Shown here one piece after another: positions 27,842-37,108 of a DNA stretch of 64,000 nt (its first letter is position 1; each line of letters opens with the position of its first letter). The translations under genes were made by a program, and so were the position numbers. The notes under the pieces are model-generated. The model worked only from the letters and a program-made list of their open reading frames with translations. It was not told the origin of the DNA and made no database searches. The stretch is from a virus (Duplodnaviria; Heunggongvirae; Uroviricota; Caudoviricetes): IMG/VR virus record IMGVR_UViG_3300025072_002801; one strand, 5' to 3'.

Positions 27842-29287
27842 ATGGAGTTATTTTCAAAATTTGTAGAAAACAATAAAAAAATCCGTGTCGCTGTGGTTGG
27901 CGATTGCGTTATAGATCAGTATTATAGTGTATCAGTCGAACGAATATCACCCGAATTCCCAATTCCAGTGGTAAAAGCAGAAGATTCTAGTCCGACCTCT
28001 GTAAAACCAGGGGGAGCGGCAAATGTAGCATATCAGATGAGACATGCCAATGTGGATGTGGATCTTTTTTGCTTCGCAGATGAAGAGGCTATATCGACTC
28101 TAAGTGAATTTGATAATTTTAAAGTTCACTCAGCTTGCCTCAAAGATTCAGCTATTCCTCGTAAAAAACGATTTTATGACGGACATTTCCCAGTTTTTAG
28201 ATATGATGTCGAAGTGCCAGACTGTGGATCTGATGAACTGAGAGATGAACTTTATGAGAAATTCAAAAAGGAAGTAAAATTAAACCGCCCCGATGTGGTC
28301 ATTTTGAGCGATTACAATAAGGGCGTTTTTAATTATAATGGACCTTACTTTGCCAGACGTATTATTTGTCATTGTCGTGACAAAGGGATTCCAGTCATAG
28401 TTGATCCAAAAACAGGTCCAATCGAGCAATGGAAGGGATGCACGGTATTTAAGCCTAATTCTAAGGAAGCCAAAGATTTCTCTGGTCTGGATTGTTGGCA
28501 GGAGCAATTGACGTTTCTTCACAATGCGTTGATTGATGGAACTCGCGACCATCAGGTAATTGTAACTCGTGGCGAAGATGGTGTTTCTGGATATAACGAG
28601 AAAAACTTTACCAAAGAGCCGTTTTGGACATATAGATCAGGTGCCTATAATCAATTGCCAAGCGTCATTGGTGCTGGTGATTGTTTTGTAGCATATCTCG
28701 CTATGGCGTTCGCAAAAGGTCATGATGTGTATGAATCTTCCCAAATCGCAGACAGAGCGGGAGGAATTTATGTCAGAGAGCGTAGAAACCACCCTGTACG
28801 CCCCTCACAGCTTCTCAGAGGGCGTGAAGCGAAAGTTGTGACTCCAGACGACTTAAAAGGAAGAGGCTTCACATTAGCCTGTACGAACGGTTGCTGGGAT
28901 TTGATTCATGTGGGCTATTTGAAGACATTTAAGTTTGCAAAGACTAAAGCCGATAAATTGGTTGTATTGGTAAACTCAGATGCCAGTGTGAAACGCCTCA
29001 AAGGGGAAAGTCGTCCAATCAATTGCTTGGAAGATCGTATGGAAGTATTGGCATCAATAGAGGATGTTGATTATATTATTCCCTTTGAAGAAGATAGTCC
29101 TTATGACTTGATAAAAGAAATCAGCCCAGATTGTTTGATTAAAGGTGGCGATTATACGAAAGATCAGATAAGATCTTCGGAACTGGTCAAAGAGACTTTC
29201 ATAGTTCCTTTGGTTGAGGGTGTGTCTACTACCGAAATGATTAAAAGGACTTTCAAATCATTAGAAGAAATTGACAAGAAGGACTAG
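27842..29287 (+). CDS. hldE: Bifunctional heptose kinase/nucleotidyltransferase (HldE/RfaE-like)
   Basis: PfkB domain 'RISPEFPIPV', 'PGGAANVA', 'LSDYNKG', 'IGAGD'; C-terminal 'NGCWDLIHVGY', 'NSDASVKRLKGESRP', 'KGGDY'. Confidence 0.9.
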   Translation: MELFSKFVENNKKIRVAVVGDCVIDQYYSVSVERISPEFPIPVVKAEDSSPTSVKPGGAANVAYQMRHANVDVDLFCFADEEAISTLSEFDNFKVHSACLKDSAIPRKKRFYDGHFPVFRYDVEVPDCGSDELRDELYEKFKKEVKLNRPDVVILSDYNKGVFNYNGPYFARRIICHCRDKGIPVIVDPKTGPIEQWKGCTVFKPNSKEAKDFSGLDCWQEQLTFLHNALIDGTRDHQVIVTRGEDGVSGYNEKNFTKEPFWTYRSGAYNQLPSVIGAGDCFVAYLAMAFAKGHDVYESSQIADRAGGIYVRERRNHPVRPSQLLRGREAKVVTPDDLKGRGFTLACTNGCWDLIHVGYLKTFKFAKTKADKLVVLVNSDASVKRLKGESRPINCLEDRMEVLASIEDVDYIIPFEEDSPYDLIKEISPDCLIKGGDYTKDQIRSSELVKETFIVPLVEGVSTTEMIKRTFKSLEEIDKKD

Positions 29288-29313
29288 ACATGGGCGTTTT
29301 AATTTTATACAAT
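29285..29313 (+). promoter_or_regulatory. Sigma70-type promoter
   Basis: TAGACA-N17-TACAAT. Confidence 0.6.
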
Positions 29314-29343
29314 TTAGAAAAATGATTGCATAGGATATAAAAC

Positions 29344-30342
29344 ATGGCACTACCAAATCCACTATACGCATTGGTGATTGATGCAAAGCATCGTCCCACC
29401 AAAACTCAGGGCAGATTCTTTCTGCAATTGACCTTGCGAACAATGCAGGGCGACATTAAAGGAATGATGTGGGATGCTCCACCTCAAGGCTGCGAGGAAA
29501 ACCTTGCATTTCCGCAACTGGCAGACATAATTGCCATACACGACTTCAAAGATGAATTGGCTCAATATGGAAGTATAAAGATAACGGCAGGAGGGTTTGT
29601 TCGCACAAGTCTTGAAGATTTGCCAGATGATGTAAAGCAAATAGCAGAGCCGCCCAAGGCTACAGAAGAGGAGCTTGCTGAGGCAAAAGGCATTTTGTTT
29701 GATGAAGATCTTTGGGAAGACCCAGTTCATTTTGAATTCATAAAAAATTGTCTGGTAAAGCTAGATCGTGAAAAGTTGATGCAATCCCCTGCTGCGACTA
29801 ATGTTCATCATGCATATCAAGGCGGTCTTTTGGTTCACACATCAGAGGTTTTAGATCTTTGTAAGGTGATAGCGGCTCATAGTAAAAAAAGGTATGGGTT
29901 TGTCAACACTGATGTTTTGTATGCATCTGCCATTCTTCATGATATTGGCAAGGTTGACACGTACCGCATTAATGAGCTAGGATTGGCTGCTTCTGTTCAT
30001 CAAGAGAAAAGCATTGGTCATATGTTTTATGGAATGCATCTTGTGAAATCAGTTGGCGAAGAAATGGAAGGGATTTCTGAGAAGTTCATAGATGAAATTT
30101 TGCATTGCATTGCTTCTCATCATGGTTTGTTAGAGTGGGGAAGTTATAAGACAGTTCAATCAATTGAGGCTGGGATTCTTAGTAGAGCGGATTACATTTC
30201 TTCTCGCAATGGAATGATGGAAAAGAAGTTAGGCGAATACATTGACAATCATCAAGCTGTCGAAGATGAGTTTAAGATCTATGGCGATCTTTACTTCGGA
30301 AGTTTAGGGCTTAGCAAGTACGTACAAGATAGGTTAAATTGA
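29344..30342 (+). CDS. yhaM: OB-fold plus HD-domain 3'-5' exoribonuclease (YhaM/Cbf1-like)
   Basis: 'LQLTLRTMQGDIKGMMW' OB strand; 'HHAYQGGLLVHT', 'ILHDIGK', 'HCIASHHG', 'SRADYIS'. Confidence 0.85.
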   Translation: MALPNPLYALVIDAKHRPTKTQGRFFLQLTLRTMQGDIKGMMWDAPPQGCEENLAFPQLADIIAIHDFKDELAQYGSIKITAGGFVRTSLEDLPDDVKQIAEPPKATEEELAEAKGILFDEDLWEDPVHFEFIKNCLVKLDREKLMQSPAATNVHHAYQGGLLVHTSEVLDLCKVIAAHSKKRYGFVNTDVLYASAILHDIGKVDTYRINELGLAASVHQEKSIGHMFYGMHLVKSVGEEMEGISEKFIDEILHCIASHHGLLEWGSYKTVQSIEAGILSRADYISSRNGMMEKKLGEYIDNHQAVEDEFKIYGDLYFGSLGLSKYVQDRLN

Positions 30343-31382
30343 TTATGAGAATGCTTTCTGACGACGACATTGAGTTGCAAGAATTTTTAGAGGATGACAG
30401 TTTCGATAGCAGTTCCCCGCCTGAGCCTCGTTACGCTCAGGATGTGATAGCGGTAGATCCAGATCACGCCACAGAGGATGCAAAGCCAGGAGCATCTACG
30501 CAATGGACCTCCCCAGACGGGAAGCAATTTTTCCCTTCGGGAAAAACTGCTAACTCTCTTCCTTGTGGAGTTTACGATGTTCAGATTTCTCCTCAAAGAG
30601 GTCTTTATTTTGAGAAGGTTCCAATCAATGTTGATGGTTTGTTGCGATTCCCTCAAACCAACTCTGAAAAGGTCATCAATGAGATCCAAAACTTTTGGGA
30701 AAAAGAAGAACGTTTTAAGGAGTATAATTTAGCTCACAAAAGAGGGATTATGTTGTGGGGGCCTCCTGGCAGCGGAAAGAGTTGCACTATTCAGATCATA
30801 ATTAAAGATGTGATTGACAGAGATGGAATAGTAATTAAGTTTGGACACCCAGGCATATTTACTCAAGGCATTCGGGCTATCAGAGAGATACAGCCAGAGA
30901 CTCCTATCGTAGTTTTGATGGAAGACATTGATGCTACTTTACAGATATATAGTGAGTCAGAAGTTCTTAATGTATTGGATGGCGTAGAGAGAATTGAGAA
31001 AGTTGTATTTTTGGCTACTACTAATTATCCAGATCGTCTTGGTGCTAGAATAATTAATCGTCCCAGTCGTTTTGATAAAAGATTTAAAATAGGACATCCA
31101 GACGCAAACTCCAGAGAAATGTACTTTAAGCACATTATTGGTGGAGACGATAAGATCAAAGAGTTGGAAGTCGATGTTGATAGATGGGTTGAAGACACAG
31201 AAGGGTTTTCAATCGCACATCTCAAAGAGTTGTTTGTGGCAGTTTGCATCTTAGGCGATGATTATGAAGATGCTGTAGAGACATTGAGTTCTATGAGAGA
31301 GGCTGTCAAAGGTGGCGAAGAGTTTGAAACTAAAAAAGTTGGTTTTACAACTATTGGCAACGTTTCACAACGCTCTAGTTAG
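30339..31382 (+). CDS. Single-ring AAA+ ATPase
   Basis: 'WGPPGSGKS', 'LMEDID', 'LNVLDG', 'ATTNYP', 'RPSRFD'. Confidence 0.9.
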   Translation: MIMRMLSDDDIELQEFLEDDSFDSSSPPEPRYAQDVIAVDPDHATEDAKPGASTQWTSPDGKQFFPSGKTANSLPCGVYDVQISPQRGLYFEKVPINVDGLLRFPQTNSEKVINEIQNFWEKEERFKEYNLAHKRGIMLWGPPGSGKSCTIQIIIKDVIDRDGIVIKFGHPGIFTQGIRAIREIQPETPIVVLMEDIDATLQIYSESEVLNVLDGVERIEKVVFLATTNYPDRLGARIINRPSRFDKRFKIGHPDANSREMYFKHIIGGDDKIKELEVDVDRWVEDTEGFSIAHLKELFVAVCILGDDYEDAVETLSSMREAVKGGEEFETKKVGFTTIGNVSQRSS

Positions 31383-31390
31383 AAATTTAT

Positions 31391-32032
31391 ATGTCTATTG
31401 ATCCTGAAGAGTTGACGATTTATGTGGTGGCTTGTGGGTCACTTCCGTATTTTGAAATTACATTGCCAATAATAGAAGAGTATGCGAAAACGCATGGTTA
31501 TAAATTTGGATTGATAACAGAACATCCAAAAGACCGTCGCTCCCCTCACTGGCAAAAAATAATGGCAACTAGAGTTTGCAAAACGGAAGTTGCATTAGTG
31601 ATAGACGCTGATATTATGCCTTTCCCATGGGCTCAGCCAGTCCATGATTTTCTGTCAAAGGATGCTATTTCTCTTTGTAGGGATAATGGGATTTTCGATG
31701 GATGGAATACCGGGGTTTGGGCAATGCCAAGATGTTGGTGGGATGAATTGAATTTGTTTTATGAAAATAAATTTGATCCAAATAAAGCAATTTTTTATTA
31801 TGAGCAAGGTCCATTTAATTCTCATATTGAAGAAAACGAAATTCCAATAAATTCACTCCCAGACTCATTTAATTTAATATATGGCGGAATTTATGGGACT
31901 AGATACCGTAAAATGGAGGCGAATAAAGATAAGTGCAATTTCTTGCACTTCGCTGGACCTAAGCGTGCGTTGTCAATGAATGTGGCAGAAAAACGATGGT
32001 ATAAAGAAAGAAGATTAGAGCGATTAAAGTAA
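31391..32032 (+). CDS. GT-A glycosyltransferase (GT8/GT34-like)
   Basis: DxD motif 'VIDADI', 'NTGV', 'YEQGPFN', 'LHFAG'. Confidence 0.75.
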   Translation: MSIDPEELTIYVVACGSLPYFEITLPIIEEYAKTHGYKFGLITEHPKDRRSPHWQKIMATRVCKTEVALVIDADIMPFPWAQPVHDFLSKDAISLCRDNGIFDGWNTGVWAMPRCWWDELNLFYENKFDPNKAIFYYEQGPFNSHIEENEIPINSLPDSFNLIYGGIYGTRYRKMEANKDKCNFLHFAGPKRALSMNVAEKRWYKERRLERLK

Positions 32033-32059
32033 TTTGAAATCAAGCATCTAAATATACTC

Positions 32060-32731
32060 ATGGATTTCAAAAAATGGCTTTTAGCTGAAAGATATGGGCA
32101 ATATAATGCCAACAACACTATCGTGGTTGATATTCAGCCGGAATATGATAACGGCATTGGTTTCGATGTAGGTGATTTCGCCAGTTTTCTCACCCAAATG
32201 ATTTCTAAAGGTAAAAAAGTCTTATACTTTTTCAATGGCGAAAGCGTTGGATCAAAGGACAATGAGGAGTCAATTAAGGCTTGGTTAGCCACAGCGATGA
32301 CGGGAGAGGAGGCGGAATACTATGACCCTTATGATTCTTATGGTGATGAAGAATCCCATGAATCTATGTCAGAGGTTTTTCGTCTTTTGAACAACATCAC
32401 ATTCTATGATAAAGGGTACGCCTTTTTCAGAGGTTGGATGGATAACGGAGTAGAAGAAAGTAAGATTATTCAGACAATACGTGCAATGATTACAAACCGT
32501 GTTTATGATTCTAGGGAACTTCCAGAAGATTTACTGGAAGAAATATTTGGCGATGAGGAGGTTCCTTTGCATGATTCAATCAATCTTCCTCATATTGATT
32601 TATTGCAATTAAGAAGATTTAACAATGGGTATCTCTGTGGTGGTGGTAGAGATGAATGCTTTAGAGAGGTCCAGCTTTTGATGAATGCCTTAAACATTAA
32701 ATATCGAATAATGTCTAAATTCGTGTTTTAA
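32060..32731 (+). CDS. Isochorismatase/cysteine-hydrolase-like protein with a capsid-targeting-like N-terminus
   Basis: 'MDFKKWLLAE'; 'IVVDIQPEY', 'DKGYAFF', 'LCGGGRDEC' (candidate D-K-C triad). Confidence 0.5.
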   Translation: MDFKKWLLAERYGQYNANNTIVVDIQPEYDNGIGFDVGDFASFLTQMISKGKKVLYFFNGESVGSKDNEESIKAWLATAMTGEEAEYYDPYDSYGDEESHESMSEVFRLLNNITFYDKGYAFFRGWMDNGVEESKIIQTIRAMITNRVYDSRELPEDLLEEIFGDEEVPLHDSINLPHIDLLQLRRFNNGYLCGGGRDECFREVQLLMNALNIKYRIMSKFVF

Positions 32732-34992
32732 GTTTCATATTTTTTGTCCTCTAGGTCTTTGTAGTAATCAGCGACTTGAGGTATCATGCCTTGAACGTTT
32801 CTGAATTTTCTTCCAGGTCCCCGTATTGTGTCATATGGACGAGATGGGTAATTCCCGTAACCTTTTGGTGGTCCTTGAACGTCTTTTTCATGCCAGTTAG
32901 GATCTATAGAGTTTTTGAATTCTGTCATAACTTTCATGAATTCTATGGACGCAACATTTTTTATTTTAGGAATGATTTTGTCCATTGCCATCATGTTTTT
33001 GTATGTTGCTTTTGCTTGGTTTTTGTTTTTATTGACATCCCAAGAAAATTCAATTTTTAATCTGTTCCAACTTTTGTCCATCCATGTGCTTTTTTTGCTA
33101 GGCGTTATTTCTAGAGAATATTTAGGACCGCCCTCATCTCTTAAGACGAAATTTTTGAACTTCATCCCAGGCAGAGTTTTTTGAATTTCTTTTGGGTTGA
33201 CTAGATCCTCTATTGCTTTTGGTATTTTGTTGAATGGAGGTTTTGTTAGGTCGATAATAAACTGCTCGCCTTGGTATCCATACGCATTTTGTTTTTTAAC
33301 TAATGGAAATTTATCCTTGAATCTGACCATGTACCCATGCTCAGGCATTTCCAAAGTGTATGTCGCTGTGGTTTTTCCATACCCAGCATCCTCTATTCGG
33401 AAGTATTTGATTTTATTCTTCTCATCGTCTTCTACAGCTTTATTGACCCAATTAGATGACCCTGTTGGCTTTAGGACTTCTTGCTCTGACAGTTCGTGTC
33501 TAATTCCCTCTTCTAATTTGTTATAGATTTTATCTACAGATAGAAGATGATCCAAAAATTCTCCATATGGATCTGGACCCAAAGAATCTTCTTCCCAACT
33601 GTCTACTTTTTCTTTCGCGAAGCTCAATGTGATGCTTAGGGTGCTGCCCGACACAGAAGTGCTGATGGACTGATAGTTGTCGTCAACTGCATCTTCTAAC
33701 ACCTCTTTTAATTGATTTACGTCTATTCTTCTCGACGCTGTTTTTGGATCTCCATTTATCAATTTATCAGGGAAATAAAATGATACTTCTCCAGAGTATT
33801 TTACTTCAAATTCCTCATTTTCCTCGCCATAACCATAGCCTCCAATTGCATCTACGCTGTGGTGTGCGGATATTTTAGATCTACTTCCACTTCTTTTTTT
33901 GTCGCTTGTTAATTTTTTAACAAAATCGGCATACATTTGGTCTGCCTCTTCAGTCCAAATTTGTTCTCTGTTGCCCTGTTGGTAACGGTCGTCATTTTTT
34001 TCGAATTCGCTACCGTATTCAGCATCGCCATGTATTTTGTCTTTGCCTTTTAATTCAAAAAATGAATTCCACAAACTTCCATCATTGTGATCTCTGTAAT
34101 ATCCGCCCCTCAATACATAATCGTCCATCTTGGGCGTTTTTTTTAATGCATCTTTTTGTTCATTCCTAGCCCAACTCATTACTTGTGGTCCAAAGCCAAC
34201 AGCCTTTGCGTTTACGGTATCTCCATAAGTGGCTTTATCTGGAATCAATAAATCCCTTTTCCCAGACTTTAATTCATGGCTATCTGCGTCTTTTGGAGAA
34301 TATCTTCTTAGTCGCATTCTTGCTAATGGGCTTGGACCTTCTACGCCTCTATCCTCATCATGGAAAAAGTCTGGACTTTGTAAGTCTTCTTCGTCTAGAC
34401 CTTCTAAGTTTGATTTTTTCACTAAGTAAGAAACTGGTCCTCCGTGAATTGCCTCTAATATTGCACAAGGAAAATACGAATCGTCAGGCGAGTGACAAGA
34501 GGTTATGTTGGTGTGGTCGCTCATGCGAATAATGTCAAGTGGGTGACGAGATATTATTGTTGCAAAAGAATCGGATTGCTTGGCTTTCCTCATTGCTGGC
34601 TCGACTCCATACTTCCAAAAATCTTCTCCATGAGATTTTTTAGAATGCATTAGAAAGTTAGACAACCATGCAGCTAGGGATGGATTTAACTTGTTTAATA
34701 CTTTTGTGACCTTGACCTGCATGGTCTTTGGTCCTCGATTAGTTTCTTTTTCGTAGCCAGCCAATCCGGTAGACCAATCTGGAAAATATCCTTTTGAATT
34801 CAGCAGTTTGTCAATTTTTAAAAGATCGTTATCTTTATTCTGGTCTAATATTATTCTGTATTTGTTTCCGAACATATGACCAAATGATAAATCACTAGGA
34901 TTTATCTCCCCTTCATTTTCATCCCACCAATGTAGGGCGTCTTGAAGGTCGTTGTCTTTTATCTCTAAGAATGTACTGAATCTCATAGCCAT
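32728..34992 (-). CDS. 754-aa hypothetical protein with a capsid-targeting-like N-terminus
   Basis: 'MAMRFSTFLEIK'; conserved-looking 'ISRHPLDIIRMSD..SCHSP'. Confidence 0.75.
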   Translation of the reverse strand: MAMRFSTFLEIKDNDLQDALHWWDENEGEINPSDLSFGHMFGNKYRIILDQNKDNDLLKIDKLLNSKGYFPDWSTGLAGYEKETNRGPKTMQVKVTKVLNKLNPSLAAWLSNFLMHSKKSHGEDFWKYGVEPAMRKAKQSDSFATIISRHPLDIIRMSDHTNITSCHSPDDSYFPCAILEAIHGGPVSYLVKKSNLEGLDEEDLQSPDFFHDEDRGVEGPSPLARMRLRRYSPKDADSHELKSGKRDLLIPDKATYGDTVNAKAVGFGPQVMSWARNEQKDALKKTPKMDDYVLRGGYYRDHNDGSLWNSFFELKGKDKIHGDAEYGSEFEKNDDRYQQGNREQIWTEEADQMYADFVKKLTSDKKRSGSRSKISAHHSVDAIGGYGYGEENEEFEVKYSGEVSFYFPDKLINGDPKTASRRIDVNQLKEVLEDAVDDNYQSISTSVSGSTLSITLSFAKEKVDSWEEDSLGPDPYGEFLDHLLSVDKIYNKLEEGIRHELSEQEVLKPTGSSNWVNKAVEDDEKNKIKYFRIEDAGYGKTTATYTLEMPEHGYMVRFKDKFPLVKKQNAYGYQGEQFIIDLTKPPFNKIPKAIEDLVNPKEIQKTLPGMKFKNFVLRDEGGPKYSLEITPSKKSTWMDKSWNRLKIEFSWDVNKNKNQAKATYKNMMAMDKIIPKIKNVASIEFMKVMTEFKNSIDPNWHEKDVQGPPKGYGNYPSRPYDTIRGPGRKFRNVQGMIPQVADYYKDLEDKKYET

Positions 34993-35028
34993 ACAAGTAT
35001 TTAACCATTTACAGTGTATTTAAAAAGT

Positions 35029-35061
35029 AAAAAGCCCCCGTTCTTTGAACGGGGGCTTTTT
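35029..35061. terminator. Bidirectional intrinsic terminator
   Basis: A5-GCCCCCGTTC-TTT-GAACGGGGGC-T5. Confidence 0.85.
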
Positions 35062-35115
35062 CGCCTGCCCGAAGGCTTCTAAAGTAGCGAACTTTAGTGA
35101 ATTTTTAAAAACGCC

Positions 35116-35355
35116 CTAACTTGCTGATGCATCCTTCCATCGTTGCCTTGATGCGTTTTTTCCCGCCTCTTTGCTTTTTGGACTTTCTTGCCCTGACGTT
35201 CCATTGCAACATTTGCAGCTTTTGCAGCAAGATCCGTTTCCAGTTTTGAAGTCTTTCCACTTGCTGTGAAATGATTTGGTGCAGCATCCATCTTTGCAAC
35301 ATGAGCAGCTACAGCCACAATTTTTCCCTTCTACAAACGTTTTCCAAGTTTTCAT
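35116..35355 (-). CDS. Metallothionein-like Cys-rich peptide with a capsid-targeting-like N-terminus
   Basis: MKTWKTFVEGKNCGCSCSCCKDGCC...CCKSCKCC; GGAG RBS. Confidence 0.6.
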   Translation of the reverse strand: MKTWKTFVEGKNCGCSCSCCKDGCCTKSFHSKWKDFKTGNGSCCKSCKCCNGTSGQESPKSKEAGKNASRQRWKDASAS

Positions 35356-35561
35356 CTCAATCTCCCGACTTTAATTCCTAGTTGCTGCGTGACTTAAAGC
35401 AATGGTCGGAACAATAATTTTTGCCACCGACCTCCAGGGCTTCCCCATCTTTGATCTTATTGTTGCAATACCAGCAATTAGTCTTCTTAGTGGTCGGCTT
35501 TTTCAAGTCGTCACCATTTTTTTCTTCTAGAAACGTTTTCCAAGTCTTCATCTCAATCTCC
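35335..35561 (-). repeat. 31-nt direct repeat carrying an RBS and the 'MKTWKTF' leader (copies 35335-35365 and 35531-35561)
   Basis: AAACGTTTTCCAAGTYTTCATCTCAATCTCC, one mismatch between copies. Confidence 0.85.
35378..35551 (-). CDS. 57-aa zinc-finger peptide with a capsid-targeting-like N-terminus
   Basis: True start at 35551 (MKTWKTFLEE, GGAG RBS); CWYC...CSDHC. Confidence 0.65.
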   Translation of the reverse strand: MKTWKTFLEEKNGDDLKKPTTKKTNCWYCNNKIKDGEALEVGGKNYCSDHCFKSRSN

Positions 35562-35564
35562 TGA

Positions 35565-35711
35565 TTATTTAGCTTCGCAGCCACAGTCGTCACAGTCGCA
35601 CACTTCGCAAGCTCCATCACAATCAGTTGTGAATACGCTTGAGCAGTCGCTACATCCGACTAAGGCGATACAAAGCGCTAATCCTGCGAATACAGTTATT
35701 AAAGTTTTCAT
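35565..35711 (-). CDS. 48-aa Cys-rich lipoprotein (not in the ORF track)
   Basis: MKTLITVFAGLALCIALVG-CSDCSSVFTTDCDGACEVCDCDDCGCEAK; AAGGAG RBS; lipobox LVGC. Confidence 0.7.
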   Translation of the reverse strand: MKTLITVFAGLALCIALVGCSDCSSVFTTDCDGACEVCDCDDCGCEAK

Positions 35712-35762
35712 ATCATACTCCTTTATGTTTGTATGTGTTTATTTAGCCAGGATGGTATAAAA

Positions 35763-36026
35763 ATGGGAAAAAAACAGGAATGGAAAAGGCAACAGAAAAA
35801 ATGCTTTTTTTGCGAAGAGATGGATTTGGATCTTTTGGACGTTCACAGGATAGTTCCTGGTGCAGAAGGAGGAAAGTATACACACTACAATTCTCTTGTT
35901 TGCTGCTGTAAATGCCACAGAAAGATACATTCTGGCAAAATTGAGGTTGTTGGAAAGTTTATGTCTACGGCGGGCAGAGTTTTGATTTATCGAGAGAATG
36001 GTGAAGAAAAGGTTGAAAAAATCTAA
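35763..36026 (+). CDS. Small HNH endonuclease
   Basis: 'CFFC', 'DVHRIVPG..GGKY', 'NSLVCCCKCHRKIH'. Confidence 0.8.
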   Translation: MGKKQEWKRQQKKCFFCEEMDLDLLDVHRIVPGAEGGKYTHYNSLVCCCKCHRKIHSGKIEVVGKFMSTAGRVLIYRENGEEKVEKI

Positions 36027-36034
36027 ATACTTAC

Positions 36035-36307
36035 ATGGCTATTTTAAAATTTACAGATTGGTTGAATATTCGTGAAAACGAACAAATGAATAACGCTAAT
36101 TTCCAAAAAGACTTTCAGCAAAACATTGATCAGAAGTTGGGTGCCAACAAGATGGCTGGAGCAGCTAAGGTTGATCCAAAAGCGGTTATTAACAATGCTA
36201 CATTGCAGGCTGCTAAGGATAATCCTCAGGCTGCTAATTCTGCCGTTAATCCAAAGGACGCAACTGGGAGCCCTTCTTATCAAAAGAAAAAGCAGAAGAA
36301 GAAATGA
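36035..36307 (+). CDS. Small N/Q/A-rich protein with a capsid-targeting-like N-terminus
   Basis: 'MAILKFTDWLNIRE'; TAAATA 5 nt before the ATG. Confidence 0.65.
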   Translation: MAILKFTDWLNIRENEQMNNANFQKDFQQNIDQKLGANKMAGAAKVDPKAVINNATLQAAKDNPQAANSAVNPKDATGSPSYQKKKQKKK

Positions 36308-36531
36308 TAACTTTTCACGAATTTTTAAATGAAAAGAACTTGCTTGAAGTTGGCAACGGAAAACATGGTGGCAATAGAGTTGGCATAAATCCTTCTATGA
36401 TTGGAAGCGTGCGTGCGGTAAACCCTGCCAGGGACGTAATCCCTTTCCCTCCAGGTCCAATGAAGGTGAAGGGGTCATCAGCAAGCGCAGGGAAAATGAA
36501 AAAACCTCGTTCAGGCGTTATTGGTAAATGA
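36304..36531 (+). CDS. Small protein with a capsid-targeting-like N-terminus
   Basis: 'MITFHEFLNEK'. Confidence 0.65.
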   Translation: MITFHEFLNEKNLLEVGNGKHGGNRVGINPSMIGSVRAVNPARDVIPFPPGPMKVKGSSASAGKMKKPRSGVIGK

Positions 36532-36734
36532 AAAAAGCTTACATTCTTTATAATAAAATGTTTAAGCGAAAGCTTAATCACCCACGATATGGCTTATGGT
36601 GTTCTGAGGATTTGAAAGAAGCTCAGGAGATGTTGAAATCTTGCCATGAGTATCTTAATGCTATAGGTGCAGAAGAGTATCACGATCAATTTGTGATTAT
36701 GGACGCAGAAACAGATGAAATAATTGCCATTTAA
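36528..36734 (+). CDS. Hypothetical protein
   Basis: Coupled start/stop. Confidence 0.55.
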   Translation: MKKAYILYNKMFKRKLNHPRYGLWCSEDLKEAQEMLKSCHEYLNAIGAEEYHDQFVIMDAETDEIIAI

Positions 36735-36787
36735 CTCCTTTATGTTGTATAGATACAATCATCACAACTATAACACCTGAAGGCAAA

Positions 36788-37108
36788 ATGCGAAGATATT
36801 TTTTTGACGAAGAAGGCGAAGAGTTTCAAGATGAGGCAGATTATATGTTCGAGTTTGAAGATGATGAGCCATACATAAAAAATGACATATTGGGCGTATT
36901 GCAGCTAGATGCGATTGAACAAGATTTAAATATAAGATTGCTTTCTGTAGCAATAAAACTAGCCGAAAAGACTTTTGGCTGGAGATTTATGCCTTTGAAG
37001 CGTAAAATTCGCATTATCAAAGAGGCATATAGTGAACTTAATGAAATAGTTATTATAAAAGAAGATGAAAGTCTTCTGAAAGGCAAAGAAGATGATCCAA
37101 CCGTTTGA
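36788..37108 (+). CDS. Hypothetical protein
   Basis: AAGG RBS; ORF. Confidence 0.6.
   Translation: MRRYFFDEEGEEFQDEADYMFEFEDDEPYIKNDILGVLQLDAIEQDLNIRLLSVAIKLAEKTFGWRFMPLKRKIRIIKEAYSELNEIVIIKEDESLLKGKEDDPTV

Noticed and set aside
35094-35318. Alternative-frame ORFs (35094-35318, 35105-35302) over the Cys-rich peptide
   Set aside because: Only the frame starting at 35355 has an RBS and the duplicated MKTWKTF leader. The 35094 frame is not strictly excluded.
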